Shown piece by piece: positions 1 through 8,664 of a stretch of 28,839 nucleotides of DNA. This DNA comes from Candidatus Krumholzibacteriia bacterium (GTDB lineage Bacteria; Krumholzibacteriota; Krumholzibacteriia; WVZY01), in assembly GCA_036478295.1 (NCBI GenBank), contig JAZGDW010000065.1, forward strand, positions 1 through 28,839, in the 5' to 3' direction. Every line of letters begins with the position of its first letter. The stretch's first letter is position 1. The position numbers were made by a program, and so were the translations under genes. The notes under the pieces are model-generated. The model was not told the origin of the DNA and ran no database searches. It saw only the letters and a list, made by a program, of their open reading frames with translations.

Positions 1-1231
1 TCTCCTTGATTGCATCCATGAGCGAATAGCTTTCAGCCCCTGCCGCCAGCAGGCTGTTCCGCCCCGTAACGACCAGGCCGACGAAAGTGCCGATTACCAC
101 TACGGCAATGGGAATGGCGGCGTTGTACCACCTCGGTGCCGCTCCGTCCCCAAAGGTAATTTCCTGCTCTACATTGGACAAGGGAACGGCCTTTTCTCCC
201 AATACCAAACCCCGGGTGCGGGACCGTTTCTCAGCGCGCCGCATCGGGCCGAAATCACGCGTGGTCGCCGCGATGAGCAAACCGAATATCAGCGTTGCGA
301 CAGGATAGAAGCTGTATTGAATCGAGGACACAAACGTCGTGAACGGATTGCGGTCAATACCCGCCGCATCGAAGGCATCCTTGATCAGACTGATCTCAAA
401 ACCGATCCAGCTCGTGATGACCGCAATGCAGGCGACCGGAGCCGCCGTTGAGTCCACAATGTAGGAAAGTTTTTCACGTGAGATCTTGAGCCTGTCGGTG
501 ATGGGGCGCATCGTGTTGCCCACGATCAGCGTGTTCGTATAGTCGTCGAAAAAGACGGCAATCCCCATGAGCCACGTGGCCAGCTGCCCACGCCGCGGTG
601 TGGTCGCGATTTTCGAGATGGCATCGACCACGCCCTGGGTGCCCCCGATGCAAGAGAACACGCCGACCATTCCACCCAGCAGCAGCGTGAAAATGGCGAT
701 GGAAACATGGTCCGAACCGCTGCTCCCCGCCAGGGAATCGATGACGTAATGGTCCACTACGTAGAAGAAGCTCCGGATGGGGTTGCTGTCGTTTACGAAG
801 AAGGCCCCCAGCCACACACCGGCGAACAGCGCGATCACCACCTGACGAAAAATGAGCGCCATCACGATGGCGAGCAGGGGCGGCAACAAACTGAAGAATC
901 CGGGGAACGCCCTCTCGGTCGATTCCCACGTGGTTCCGGCGCTCACCAGTCTAACGGTGTACACACCGCTACCCGGAAAGACTACGTCGTCGAGCGTCGC
1001 CGGCAGGATTCCAGACCTGGAATATATGGGTCGGTGATCCTTGAGAATCTCCAGTGAGTAGGTCGCACCTTCCGAAGCAGCGGATATTTCGAAGGTGGTC
1101 GCGATTCCCGAGATGATGGCTTTGGGGGATTTGAGGGGCGAAGCGGCCTCTTGGGCCCGCCCCATCGTGGCGGTGAGCAGGAACGCAAAACAACTCAGCG
1201 TGGGAATGAGTCTGCTTGCGGTTGGGCTCAA
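1..1231 (-). CDS. Na+/H+ antiporter NhaC-family membrane protein (3' end runs off the window)
   Basis: Absent from the ORF track because there is no stop in the window. Manual translation from TTG at 1231 gives LSPTASRLIPTLSCFAFLLTATMGRA..., then GFFSLLPPLLAIVMAL and QLATWLMGIAVFFDDYTNTLIVGNTMRPITDRLKISREKLSYIVDSTAAPV, typical NhaC-family motifs. Start is tentative. Confidence 0.88.
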   Translation of the reverse strand, partial: MSPTASRLIPTLSCFAFLLTATMGRAQEAASPLKSPKAIISGIATTFEISAASEGATYSLEILKDHRPIYSRSGILPATLDDVVFPGSGVYTVRLVSAGTTWESTERAFPGFFSLLPPLLAIVMALIFRQVVIALFAGVWLGAFFVNDSNPIRSFFYVVDHYVIDSLAGSSGSDHVSIAIFTLLLGGMVGVFSCIGGTQGVVDAISKIATTPRRGQLATWLMGIAVFFDDYTNTLIVGNTMRPITDRLKISREKLSYIVDSTAAPVACIAVITSWIGFEISLIKDAFDAAGIDRNPFTTFVSSIQYSFYPVATLIFGLLIAATTRDFGPMRRAEKRSRTRGLVLGEKAVPLSNVEQEITFGDGAAPRWYNAAIPIAVVVIGTFVGLVVTGRNSLLAAGAESYSLMDAIKE

Positions 1232-1336
1232 GAACTCTCGCGATCGATTGGTTTGGAGCAGATAGCGATTTCACTTGCCAATGCGGGGGAGAATACCAGA
1301 ACGGTTGAAGATTCGCAAGGGACGAACATAGCGTTT

Positions 1337-1353
1337 TGCAACGGCGTCTTGCA
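1337..1353. promoter_or_regulatory. Candidate enhancer (UAS) palindrome TGCAA-N7-TTGCA
   Basis: Perfect 5-bp arms, same TGCA-N9-TGCA geometry as NtrC-type sites, about 115-130 bp upstream of the sigma54 motif at 1465. Confidence 0.35.
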
Positions 1354-1464
1354 CAACGAGCAATAACATATGCAGCAAAGAAATAGACGAAACATCACCC
1401 GCGGACGTATCTTCCGGGCGCGGGTATGTGGTGAACCGCGTGTGGGTTGCGTGCGCGGGCAATA

Positions 1465-1480
1465 TGGTACAGAAATTGCA
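1465..1480 (+). promoter_or_regulatory. Putative sigma54 (-24/-12) promoter upstream of the histone-like gene
   Basis: TGGTACAGAAATTGCA: GG-N10-GC spacing with TGG and TTGCA matching the TGGCAC-N5-TTGCW consensus, in an intergenic region. Confidence 0.6.
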
Positions 1481-1615
1481 AAATTACGCTGCAATTGTGT
1501 CCGGGTTCATTCTGTATGAAAAATGTTCAGATCAACACGTACTGTGTTCGATTACTAGTCATTCAGAATACAAACCCTCGTGTTTTGTGATGAAACACCT
1601 GAATGGTCGATGAGA

Positions 1616-1637
1616 CTTTCGAAACTATTTTCGAAAG
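1616..1637. promoter_or_regulatory. Operator-like inverted repeat CTTTCGAAA-CTAT-TTTCGAAAG
   Basis: Perfect 9-bp arms, 15 bp upstream of a TTGACA at 1653-1658. Confidence 0.45.
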
Positions 1638-1808
1638 GGTCGATATTTTTTCTTGACACTATTTAACGTTATATTAAATCATCACAAAACCACGCGTTGC
1701 ATCGCTCGAGAAAGATCGGAAGTTGTTTGCAACGTGGTAGCCATGCGGAGATGAAACGGGAAATATTGTTTTATTCTCCAGTCACCCTTACCCAAAGGAC
1801 GGATCGAC

Positions 1809-2159
1809 ATGGCAGCAAAGAAGAGACGGGCGAAAGCCAAGACGCGGTCAAAGGCCAAGCGCAGACGCAAGGCCAAGACCAAGGTCAAGGCCAAGCGCAA
1901 GACAAAGCGTAAGACCAAAGCCAAGGCCAAGCGCAAGACAAAGCGTAAGACCAAGGCCAAACGCAAGGCCAAGCGCAAGACCAAAGCCAAGGCCAAACGC
2001 AAGACCAAGCGCAAGACCAAGCGCAAGGCCAAGCGTAAGACCAAGGCCAAAGCCAAGCGCAAGACAAAGCGTAAGACCAAGCGTAAGACCAAAGCCAAAG
2101 CCAAGCGCAAGACCAAGCGCAAGGCGAGGCGCAAGGCGAAGACCCGGACCAGGAAGTAA
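1809..2159 (+). CDS. Histone H1/protamine-like, extremely basic low-complexity protein
   Basis: 116 aa, 52 Lys + 25 Arg (66%), no acidic residue. AAAGGA RBS before the ATG, MAAKK start, followed by an intrinsic terminator. Confidence 0.85.
   Translation: MAAKKRRAKAKTRSKAKRRRKAKTKVKAKRKTKRKTKAKAKRKTKRKTKAKRKAKRKTKAKAKRKTKRKTKRKAKRKTKAKAKRKTKRKTKRKTKAKAKRKTKRKARRKAKTRTRK
1869..2126 (+). repeat. Coding tandem repeat of AAG-NNN dicodons (KR/KT/KA)
   Basis: Recurrent blocks such as gccaagcgcaagacaaagcgtaagaccaa encode 43 consecutive K-X dyads. Confidence 0.9.
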
Positions 2160-2216
2160 GGGCAATCGTCGGCTTCGTCTAACGAGGCTTTAGGTTTTAG
2201 CTTATCGTTTCAAATC

Positions 2217-2258
2217 GAGAAAGGAAGAGGTCGAAACGCCTCTTCCTTCTCTTTTTTT
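2217..2258 (+). terminator. Rho-independent terminator after the histone-like gene
   Basis: Stem AAGGAAGAGG / CCTCTTCCTT with an 8-nt loop, followed by CTC and a T7 tract. Confidence 0.85.
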
Positions 2259-2355
2259 GTCTGAAAATCCACCGCTGGGTCCATCAGAAAAGCCCCGTCA
2301 CACTCCCGCCCGTCCCCCCGCTTCCGCCGGCTATCATGAGAGTTGTTCTTGTAAC

Positions 2356-2384
2356 TTGACAATCTGTATTGATTTACGTATACC
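2356..2384 (+). promoter_or_regulatory. Putative sigma70 promoter of the polyamine operon
   Basis: TTGACA (2356-2361), 17-bp spacer, TATACC (2379-2384). Confidence 0.6.
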
Positions 2385-2491
2385 TTGGTGTTGATGTCAC
2401 GCGAGGCGGCTGGCTACCGCTGCACCCCGGTACCGCCCGGGTCTCCCGGCTCGGTTTGTGGATCCAGTGCCGCTTTTTCCCTGGAGGAAAG

Positions 2492-3037
2492 TTGGCTTTT
2501 CGACCTACCAAGATGTGTCTCACCCGAGGTGTGGGAAGACACCGCGAGCGCTTGACCAGCTTTGAGCTGGCACTACGCGATGCGGGGATTGCGTCGTACA
2601 ATCTGGTGACGGTATCCAGCATCTTTCCCCCGAAATGCAAGCTCATCCCCAAGGCCAGGGGCCTCGGAATGCTGCACCACGGCGAAATCGTCTACTGTGT
2701 GCTCGCCCGGGGTGAGACCAGAGAATCGCACCGGCTGGTGGCGGCCTCGCTCGGGGTGGCAATCCCCGCGGACGCAGGGCGCTACGGCTACCTGTCCGAG
2801 CATCACAGCCACGGTGAGAGCGAGAAGCAGGCCAGCGAATACGCGGAGGATCTCGCGGCGTCCATGCTTGCGTCGACCCTGGGCATCGAAATCGACCTGG
2901 ACCAGGCGTGGGATGAGCGCAAGGAGTACTGGAAGATCGCCGGCCATATCGTCAAGACGACCAATATTACCCAGACGGCAATCGGCAAGAATAAAATGTG
3001 GACGTCGGTCGTGGCGGCGGCCGTGTTCTGCGGCTGA
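2492..3037 (+). CDS. pdaD: Pyruvoyl-dependent arginine decarboxylase
   Basis: SFELALRDAGIASYNLVTVSSIFPP with the Ser-Ser self-cleavage site, GYLSEHH, WTSVVAAAVF. Start moved to TTG 2492 behind GGAGG. Confidence 0.92.
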   Translation: MAFRPTKMCLTRGVGRHRERLTSFELALRDAGIASYNLVTVSSIFPPKCKLIPKARGLGMLHHGEIVYCVLARGETRESHRLVAASLGVAIPADAGRYGYLSEHHSHGESEKQASEYAEDLAASMLASTLGIEIDLDQAWDERKEYWKIAGHIVKTTNITQTAIGKNKMWTSVVAAAVFCG

Positions 3038-3069
3038 CGCGCGATTACGAGATTACCAAGGGAGGATTC

Positions 3070-3918
3070 GTGGAGCAGGGCTTCCTGGAAGACAAGCTCG
3101 ATCAGACCGGCCTGGAGCGCGATGACAACCGGTTTGTTTTGTCGCTCGTCCCCTACGAAGAAACCACGACGTACAAGAAGGGTACGAAACGGGGCCCCGA
3201 AGCGATTGTCGAGGCCTCCGGACACATCGAGTTGCTCGACGAAACGCTGCATATTGACGCGTCTCGCCATGGCATCCAGACCTTGCGGCCCGACGTCACC
3301 GATCTGGCCTCCATTACATCCCACGTTTCCGAGTTGTCCGCGTCCGGGACGGGCACGCTCTTCGGCTTTCTCGGGGGAGAACACTCGATCACGCCGGCCA
3401 TCCTCGAGGGACTTCATAGCGGGGATATCGGCATCGTGTGGGTCGACGCGCACGCCGATTTGAGAAAGAGCTTTCACGGCCGGGAAGATAATCACGCCTG
3501 CGCCGGTCGCAACAGCGTTCGCTTCGGGCAGCTGGTCCAGGTCGGCGTTCGCAGCCTGAATGCGGAAGAGGTCGAGTACCTCGAGCAGTCCGACCGGGTC
3601 CACTGTTTTCGCCACTGGGACAACACGGCAAGAAATGCCGTTCGGGCACTGCCGAAAACGGTTTATCTCAGCATCGACCTGGACGGCCTGTCGCCCACCC
3701 TCATGCGCGCGGTGGGCACGCCGGAACCCGGCGGCCTTTCCTGGGAGGAGATGCTGGACATCCTGGATCTGGTGTTCAAGGAGAAGGATGTGTTGGCATA
3801 CGACGTAGTCGAATTGTGCCCCCAGCCGGACGATGTGGTATCCAGCTATACCGCGGCGCGGCTGGTCTATAAGGTTATGGCCTACCACGCTTTCTACAAA
3901 CTAAGGGAGGTATCGTGA
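3070..3918 (+). CDS. speB: Agmatinase (ureohydrolase family)
   Basis: GGEHSIT, DAHADL, SIDLDGL and GTPEPGG metal-binding motifs. Start moved to GTG 3070 behind GGAGG. Confidence 0.9.
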   Translation: MEQGFLEDKLDQTGLERDDNRFVLSLVPYEETTTYKKGTKRGPEAIVEASGHIELLDETLHIDASRHGIQTLRPDVTDLASITSHVSELSASGTGTLFGFLGGEHSITPAILEGLHSGDIGIVWVDAHADLRKSFHGREDNHACAGRNSVRFGQLVQVGVRSLNAEEVEYLEQSDRVHCFRHWDNTARNAVRALPKTVYLSIDLDGLSPTLMRAVGTPEPGGLSWEEMLDILDLVFKEKDVLAYDVVELCPQPDDVVSSYTAARLVYKVMAYHAFYKLREVS

Positions 3919-4892
3919 AGCGCGAAGATTACACCCACACGCCGACGGATCCGATCGAGATCGAACCCGGAATGACCACCGACGAGCTCCTCGCCCGCAT
4001 GGAAAAAATCTCTTTTCAGGGACGACAACTCGCGCGGGCCGCCCGGGTTTGGCAAGCGGCACTGGAAGAAAACTCATTCGTCATGATGGGCCTCGCCGGG
4101 GCGATGACCGCGGCGGGCATGCGCCGCCTGGTCAGTCTCCTCATCGAGAAGCGCTACATAGACTGTCTCGTCTCCACGGGAGCCAACCTCTTTCACGATA
4201 TCTACGAAACACTCGGGACCCCACATTACATGGGCTCGCCGGATGCGGATGACGAGGAACTCCTCGGGCACCAGCTCGACCGCGTCTACGACACCTACGC
4301 CGATGAGAAGGAGTTCGAGAGAATCGACAACTGGATTGGGGAGTGGGCGACCACCCGGCTGGAGGACCGCCCTTACTCGACACGCGAGTTTCTCGCGGAG
4401 CTGGGCCGGGAGGTCAACGAGCAAAGCGGCGGCAGAAACCCTGGAATCCTCACAACGGCAGCCCGGCACGAACTGCCGATTTACTGTCCAGCGATTGCCG
4501 ATTCATCGATCGGTATCGGACTGGCCAGCGTGGAAAAGAATTTCATCTTCGACCTGACGGCGGATGTCAAGGAAACGGCCAGGTTGGCGATGAAAACGCC
4601 CACCATGGCTCTGTACTGCGGGGGTGGCACGCCAAAGAATTTCATCCAGCAAACCATGGTGACGGCGAAGCTGGCTGAGGATCGACCGGGCGGGCACAAA
4701 TACGCGGTTCAGATGATTACCGATGCGCCGCACTGGGGAGGTTTGAGCGGGTGTACTTTCGATGAGGCCGTGAGCTGGGGCAAGATCGACCCGCAGGGAG
4801 AACAGGTCACGGTTTTTTGCGATGCAACGATTGCCCTTCCTGTCGTTGTCTCCGCGCTGGTGACGCGCCTCGGCGGGCGCTCGCGCCGCTAG
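3915..4892 (+). CDS. Deoxyhypusine synthase-like protein (SpeY-type)
   Basis: GLAGAM, STGANLFHD, GGGTPKNF and GGLSGCTFDEAVSWGK (catalytic Lys retained). GTGA overlap with the agmatinase stop. Confidence 0.92.
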   Translation: MKREDYTHTPTDPIEIEPGMTTDELLARMEKISFQGRQLARAARVWQAALEENSFVMMGLAGAMTAAGMRRLVSLLIEKRYIDCLVSTGANLFHDIYETLGTPHYMGSPDADDEELLGHQLDRVYDTYADEKEFERIDNWIGEWATTRLEDRPYSTREFLAELGREVNEQSGGRNPGILTTAARHELPIYCPAIADSSIGIGLASVEKNFIFDLTADVKETARLAMKTPTMALYCGGGTPKNFIQQTMVTAKLAEDRPGGHKYAVQMITDAPHWGGLSGCTFDEAVSWGKIDPQGEQVTVFCDATIALPVVVSALVTRLGGRSRR

Positions 4893-4979
4893 ACCGCCCG
4901 GCCGAGCTTACGAGCCGCACCGATTACGGTACACCGTGTACAGGTGCCTCGTGGCCGTCCGTGAGCGGACCGCCGGCGA

Positions 4980-5360
4980 CTACTCGTCGCGGTGACGGTA
5001 CAGCAGGTAGAAACCGAGCAGGATGACGATGATGGGGAACACCGGCTTGTCGAGCAGGCCGACGGCGTAGAACAGCCAGACAAAACCCACAATTAGCAGT
5101 ATGCCCCCGCCGGTCGACGACCGGAAGAAGCCCTTGATCCTGGCCTTGGACAGTTCCGGATTTTCACGAACGCTTTTTAGTCCTCTGTCAAACGCACCCT
5201 CCATGCGCTTGACGCCTTCGCTCATGGCCTTGGAGAAACGGTTGGCGATATCGTCCAGCCGATCCTCCACCTTTTTCGCGCTTGAACTCGCCGAAGATTC
5301 GGTATCTTCGGTGCCGGTGGACTCTTCGGATTTCGGTGCTTCGGTTTCCTTCTTTGCCAT
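4980..5360 (-). CDS. Hypothetical small membrane protein (charged N-terminus, two C-terminal TM helices, LiaI/LiaF-TM-like)
   Basis: GGAGGGG RBS; hydrophobic hairpin GGILLIVGFVWLFYAVGLL...VFPIIVILLGFYLLY. Confidence 0.75.
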   Translation of the reverse strand: MAKKETEAPKSEESTGTEDTESSASSSAKKVEDRLDDIANRFSKAMSEGVKRMEGAFDRGLKSVRENPELSKARIKGFFRSSTGGGILLIVGFVWLFYAVGLLDKPVFPIIVILLGFYLLYRHRDE

Positions 5361-5393
5361 TTCATCCCCTCCGTGCGGAAAAGAAACACATGC

Positions 5394-6650
5394 TTAATTG
5401 CGAATTCGTTGAATGCTGCGGCTGGCGACGATGACCCCCATTATACTCAAAACTAGCATAATCGCAACAGCGGCGAGGAACACGTAAACCGCTTCCAGTG
5501 AGTAGGCAGTTTTTACCATGCCCACGAGATACACCGCGATCGATCCCACGCCGAAAACCAGAACGAACTTGATGGCGAAACTCACGCTGCGCCACCTGGC
5601 GGGTGTGAGCGCGGCGATCAAGCTGTTCTCGATCGGCTGCATACCCAGGCTGAAAAACACGTACACCGCAGCGCAGACAGCCAATATGTAGTCAGTAGTC
5701 CACGCCATCGCGAGCAAGAACGGCACGCTGGCCGCGTGGACCCCCAGGTAGGCATACCTCAGGTCGTAGCGGTCCGCCAGCTTCCCCCCGAACATCTGCC
5801 CGAATATGCCCATCAGAAAGACGAAGGAGGTAAGAACCGTCGCCGCTAGAGTCCCCGTTCCCTGTGTCTTGATATACGAGATGGCATCGAGGAGGTTGCG
5901 GAAAAAGGTCGTCTTGAGCTCGAGATAGGCGGGCAGGATGACCGTGTTCCCCCGGTACGTCAGCCCGCCCATTACCAGCGCGATACAGAGAATCAGGAAA
6001 TATTTCATGTAGGCGCCGCCCTCGCCCTCCGCGTCCTTGTGGACCGGGTTGGGTGTTTCGTCGACACGGATCAAACTCAGCAGGAACCCGGCAATAGTGC
6101 CGCCCGCTCCCAGGACGATAAAGGCGGTCTGCCAGGAGAATCCCCACGTAAGGAGTCCGGTGAGAAACGGGGCGCTGGCGATACCGAGATTGCCGAAGAC
6201 GCCGTTTATCGCCAGGGCATGCCCGCGCCGCTTTACGGTGCGGGAGATCAGCGCCAGTCCGGCGGGGTGATAGATGCTGGCGCCAAGACCGACCACCATG
6301 AGACTGGCGGACATGAGACGCGGTGTCTGCACAATGCCGGCGAGCATGAGCCCCAGCCCCATCATGAATGCACCGATGACCAGGAGTTTCTTCGCCTGCC
6401 AGCGGTCGGCCACATAGCCGGCGGGCAGCGCGCCAATGCCGTAACAAAGGTACATCAGGAAACTCAACCTGACGACTTCCTCCAGCGGCATCGAGAGAGA
6501 CTTCATCACCGGGATGGTGGCGGCCGGAAAAACCAGGATGAACATGTGGGTGAGGAAGTGGCACGGGCTGGTGAGAAGAAGGATCATCTTCTCCTCACGG
6601 CTCAAGGGCTCGTGCCTCGGTTGGCGCTGGATGGCGGTATACTGGGTCAA
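5394..6650 (-). CDS. MFS transporter
   Basis: About 12 hydrophobic segments; motif A variants AGYVADRWQAK and GGKLADRYDLR; GASIYHPAG. Confidence 0.9.
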   Translation of the reverse strand: MTQYTAIQRQPRHEPLSREEKMILLLTSPCHFLTHMFILVFPAATIPVMKSLSMPLEEVVRLSFLMYLCYGIGALPAGYVADRWQAKKLLVIGAFMMGLGLMLAGIVQTPRLMSASLMVVGLGASIYHPAGLALISRTVKRRGHALAINGVFGNLGIASAPFLTGLLTWGFSWQTAFIVLGAGGTIAGFLLSLIRVDETPNPVHKDAEGEGGAYMKYFLILCIALVMGGLTYRGNTVILPAYLELKTTFFRNLLDAISYIKTQGTGTLAATVLTSFVFLMGIFGQMFGGKLADRYDLRYAYLGVHAASVPFLLAMAWTTDYILAVCAAVYVFFSLGMQPIENSLIAALTPARWRSVSFAIKFVLVFGVGSIAVYLVGMVKTAYSLEAVYVFLAAVAIMLVLSIMGVIVASRSIQRIRN

Positions 6651-6960
6651 GTCGCTCGGTTTGTTGTCGTGAGGAATGGCTCCGTGGGCCGCGGGCCCCT
6701 CTCAAGGTTACCCCGGCATCCGCACTCCGGTTGCCCCGAGTGGCGAGTTTATGGTAGCCTTCCGTGAACGACCACACTTTTTTATTCCTCCCTTTAATTC
6801 GATCTTACCGGCGGGCGACCGGCTGCAAGGCCGGGGCTGTGCGACCGCGATGGTCGGCTGGCGAGCGGTGTCGCTCGCATCGGCCGGCTGCGAGCGCGGT
6901 GCGCGGCACCACCGCCGAACCGGGGTGTGGTGGGGCATTGTGAAAGGGGAGGTGGTAGCG

Positions 6961-8652
6961 TTGCACGCGACCGTTTTTTCCGGAACCATACTTGGCGTCG
7001 ACGGATTCACCGTAGAGGTCGAGGTCGATCTTTCTCGCGGAATTCCCAGCTTTTCCATTGTGGGCCTGCCCAACACGGCTGTGCGGGAAAGCCGCGAGCG
7101 GGTGACCGCCGCGATCAAGAACTCCGGGCTGGAGTTTCCGCTGGAGCGAATTACAGTCAACCTGGCCCCGGCCGACGTCAAGAAGGAGGGCGCGGCGTTC
7201 GATCTGGCTATCGCCATGGGTATCATCATCGCCGCGGCCCGCAAGAAGGTGCCGGATGATCCCGCCGTTACCGGGGGTGCCAGGCACAACACCCGCCTGC
7301 CGAAAACAATTTTTCTGGGGGAGCTGGCGCTGGATGGCTCGATCCGTCCGGTCCGTGGCATCTTGCCCGTGCTGCTGCACGGCAAGGTTGACGGTTTTGA
7401 ATGCGCCGTGATCCCGATGCAAAATTTTTCGGAATCCCTGCCGGTGGCGGGTATCGAAGTGTTTGGCAGCCGCAGGCTGCGCGATGTCGTGGACATCGTG
7501 CGGGTGGGGGGCGAGAGGATTGACGTTACCAGGGCCGACACGGCCCACACCGGGGCTGATACGAACAGGTCCGAAGGCGGCGGCGAGGGCGGGCGCGGCG
7601 GCGGAACGAACCGTGTGCCGCCGGGCGACACGTTACACAAACGGCGGGATGATTCGCACAGGTTCGAGTGCGCTCTGAGGCCCGGGGGTACCACCCGTTT
7701 CGATATGGAGGATGTGGTCGGGCAAGAGGCGGCGAAGCGTGCCCTGACCGTCGCCGCGGCCGGGGGACACCACGTGCTCGTGGTCGGCCCGCCCGGCGCC
7801 GGAAAAACCATGCTGGCCCGGCGTTTTCCGGCCTTGCTGCCGCCGCTCGACGAGCGGGCTTCGCTCGAAACCACCATGATCTACAGCATCGCGGGACTCC
7901 TGGCCGGTGACGGTCTGATACACGAGAGCCCCTTCCGGTCACCGCATCACAGCGCGAGTGAGGCGGGACTGATCGGTGGCGGCAACGTCCCGCGCCCCGG
8001 CGAAGTGACGCTCGCCCACAACGGGGTCTTGTTTCTGGATGAACTCCCGGAATTCAAGCGCCATGTTCTGGAAACGCTGCGCGAACCGCTCGAGGAAGGG
8101 CGTATCGTCATTTCCCGCGCACGGAACACGGTGTCATTTCCCGCGCGCTTCCAGCTCGTCGCCGCGATGAATCCCTGTCCCTGCGGTAACCTCGGCAACC
8201 CCGATCACCTGTGCCGCTGCACACCCCTGTCGATCGAGCGATATCTCGGAAAGGTCTCCGGGCCCCTGCTCGACCGCATCGCGATCCATGTCTTTGTGCG
8301 GCCGGTGGAGACCGCGGCGTTCGAAGACCGGACGGCCAGGCCGGCCAGCGGATCGATGCGGGACGAAGTGCTGCGCGCCCGGCGGTTCCAGTCGCTGCGG
8401 CTCGACGGCGAAGGCTCCCAGGTGTCCAACGCACAGCTGCCGGAGAGACTGGTCCGCAAGTTCTGCCGGCTGGATGGGGAGGCGAGCGCGCTACTCGAGC
8501 GAGCGCAAAAACGCCTCCGCATCAGTGCGCGGGGCCGGGGACATATTCTGAGGGTGGCGCGGACCGTGGCCGATCTGGAAGCAAGCCCCGACATTGGACC
8601 AGCCCACGTCGCGGAAGCGGTCCAGTACCGCCTGCGGGACCTGCCCGTTTGA
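6961..8652 (+). CDS. comM: YifB/ComM-family Mg-chelatase-like AAA+ ATPase
   Basis: IVGLPNTAVRESRERV, ITVNLAPAD, GELALDG, GPPGAGKT, LAHNGVLFLDELPEF, AAMNPCPCG, SGPLLDR. Start moved to TTG 6961 behind GGGGAGG. Confidence 0.93.
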   Translation: MHATVFSGTILGVDGFTVEVEVDLSRGIPSFSIVGLPNTAVRESRERVTAAIKNSGLEFPLERITVNLAPADVKKEGAAFDLAIAMGIIIAAARKKVPDDPAVTGGARHNTRLPKTIFLGELALDGSIRPVRGILPVLLHGKVDGFECAVIPMQNFSESLPVAGIEVFGSRRLRDVVDIVRVGGERIDVTRADTAHTGADTNRSEGGGEGGRGGGTNRVPPGDTLHKRRDDSHRFECALRPGGTTRFDMEDVVGQEAAKRALTVAAAGGHHVLVVGPPGAGKTMLARRFPALLPPLDERASLETTMIYSIAGLLAGDGLIHESPFRSPHHSASEAGLIGGGNVPRPGEVTLAHNGVLFLDELPEFKRHVLETLREPLEEGRIVISRARNTVSFPARFQLVAAMNPCPCGNLGNPDHLCRCTPLSIERYLGKVSGPLLDRIAIHVFVRPVETAAFEDRTARPASGSMRDEVLRARRFQSLRLDGEGSQVSNAQLPERLVRKFCRLDGEASALLERAQKRLRISARGRGHILRVARTVADLEASPDIGPAHVAEAVQYRLRDLPV

Positions 8653-8664
8653 CGACGAGGTGTG

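Noticed and set aside
1226..1237. GCTCAAGAACTC matches family-1 core (9667-9678)
   Set aside because: Only 12 bp with no flanking similarity; expected by chance at this window size.
1264..1280. TGGCAAGTGAAATCGC on the minus strand as a sigma54 promoter for the NhaC gene
   Set aside because: GG-to-GC spacing is 11, not the required 10.
1869..2126. Repeat array as a CRISPR
   Set aside because: No unique spacers, codon periodicity, and no cas genes.
1682..2165. Antisense ORFs with LALALVLRL / LGLALG repeats
   Set aside because: Shadow frames of the AAG-rich repeat; the RBS and terminator support the + strand gene.
6819..6935. String of short hairpins upstream of comM, partly resembling family 2 (GCTGGCGAGC)
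   Set aside because: Stems of 5-7 bp are common in GC-rich DNA, and the CTGACAGGACC block is missing.
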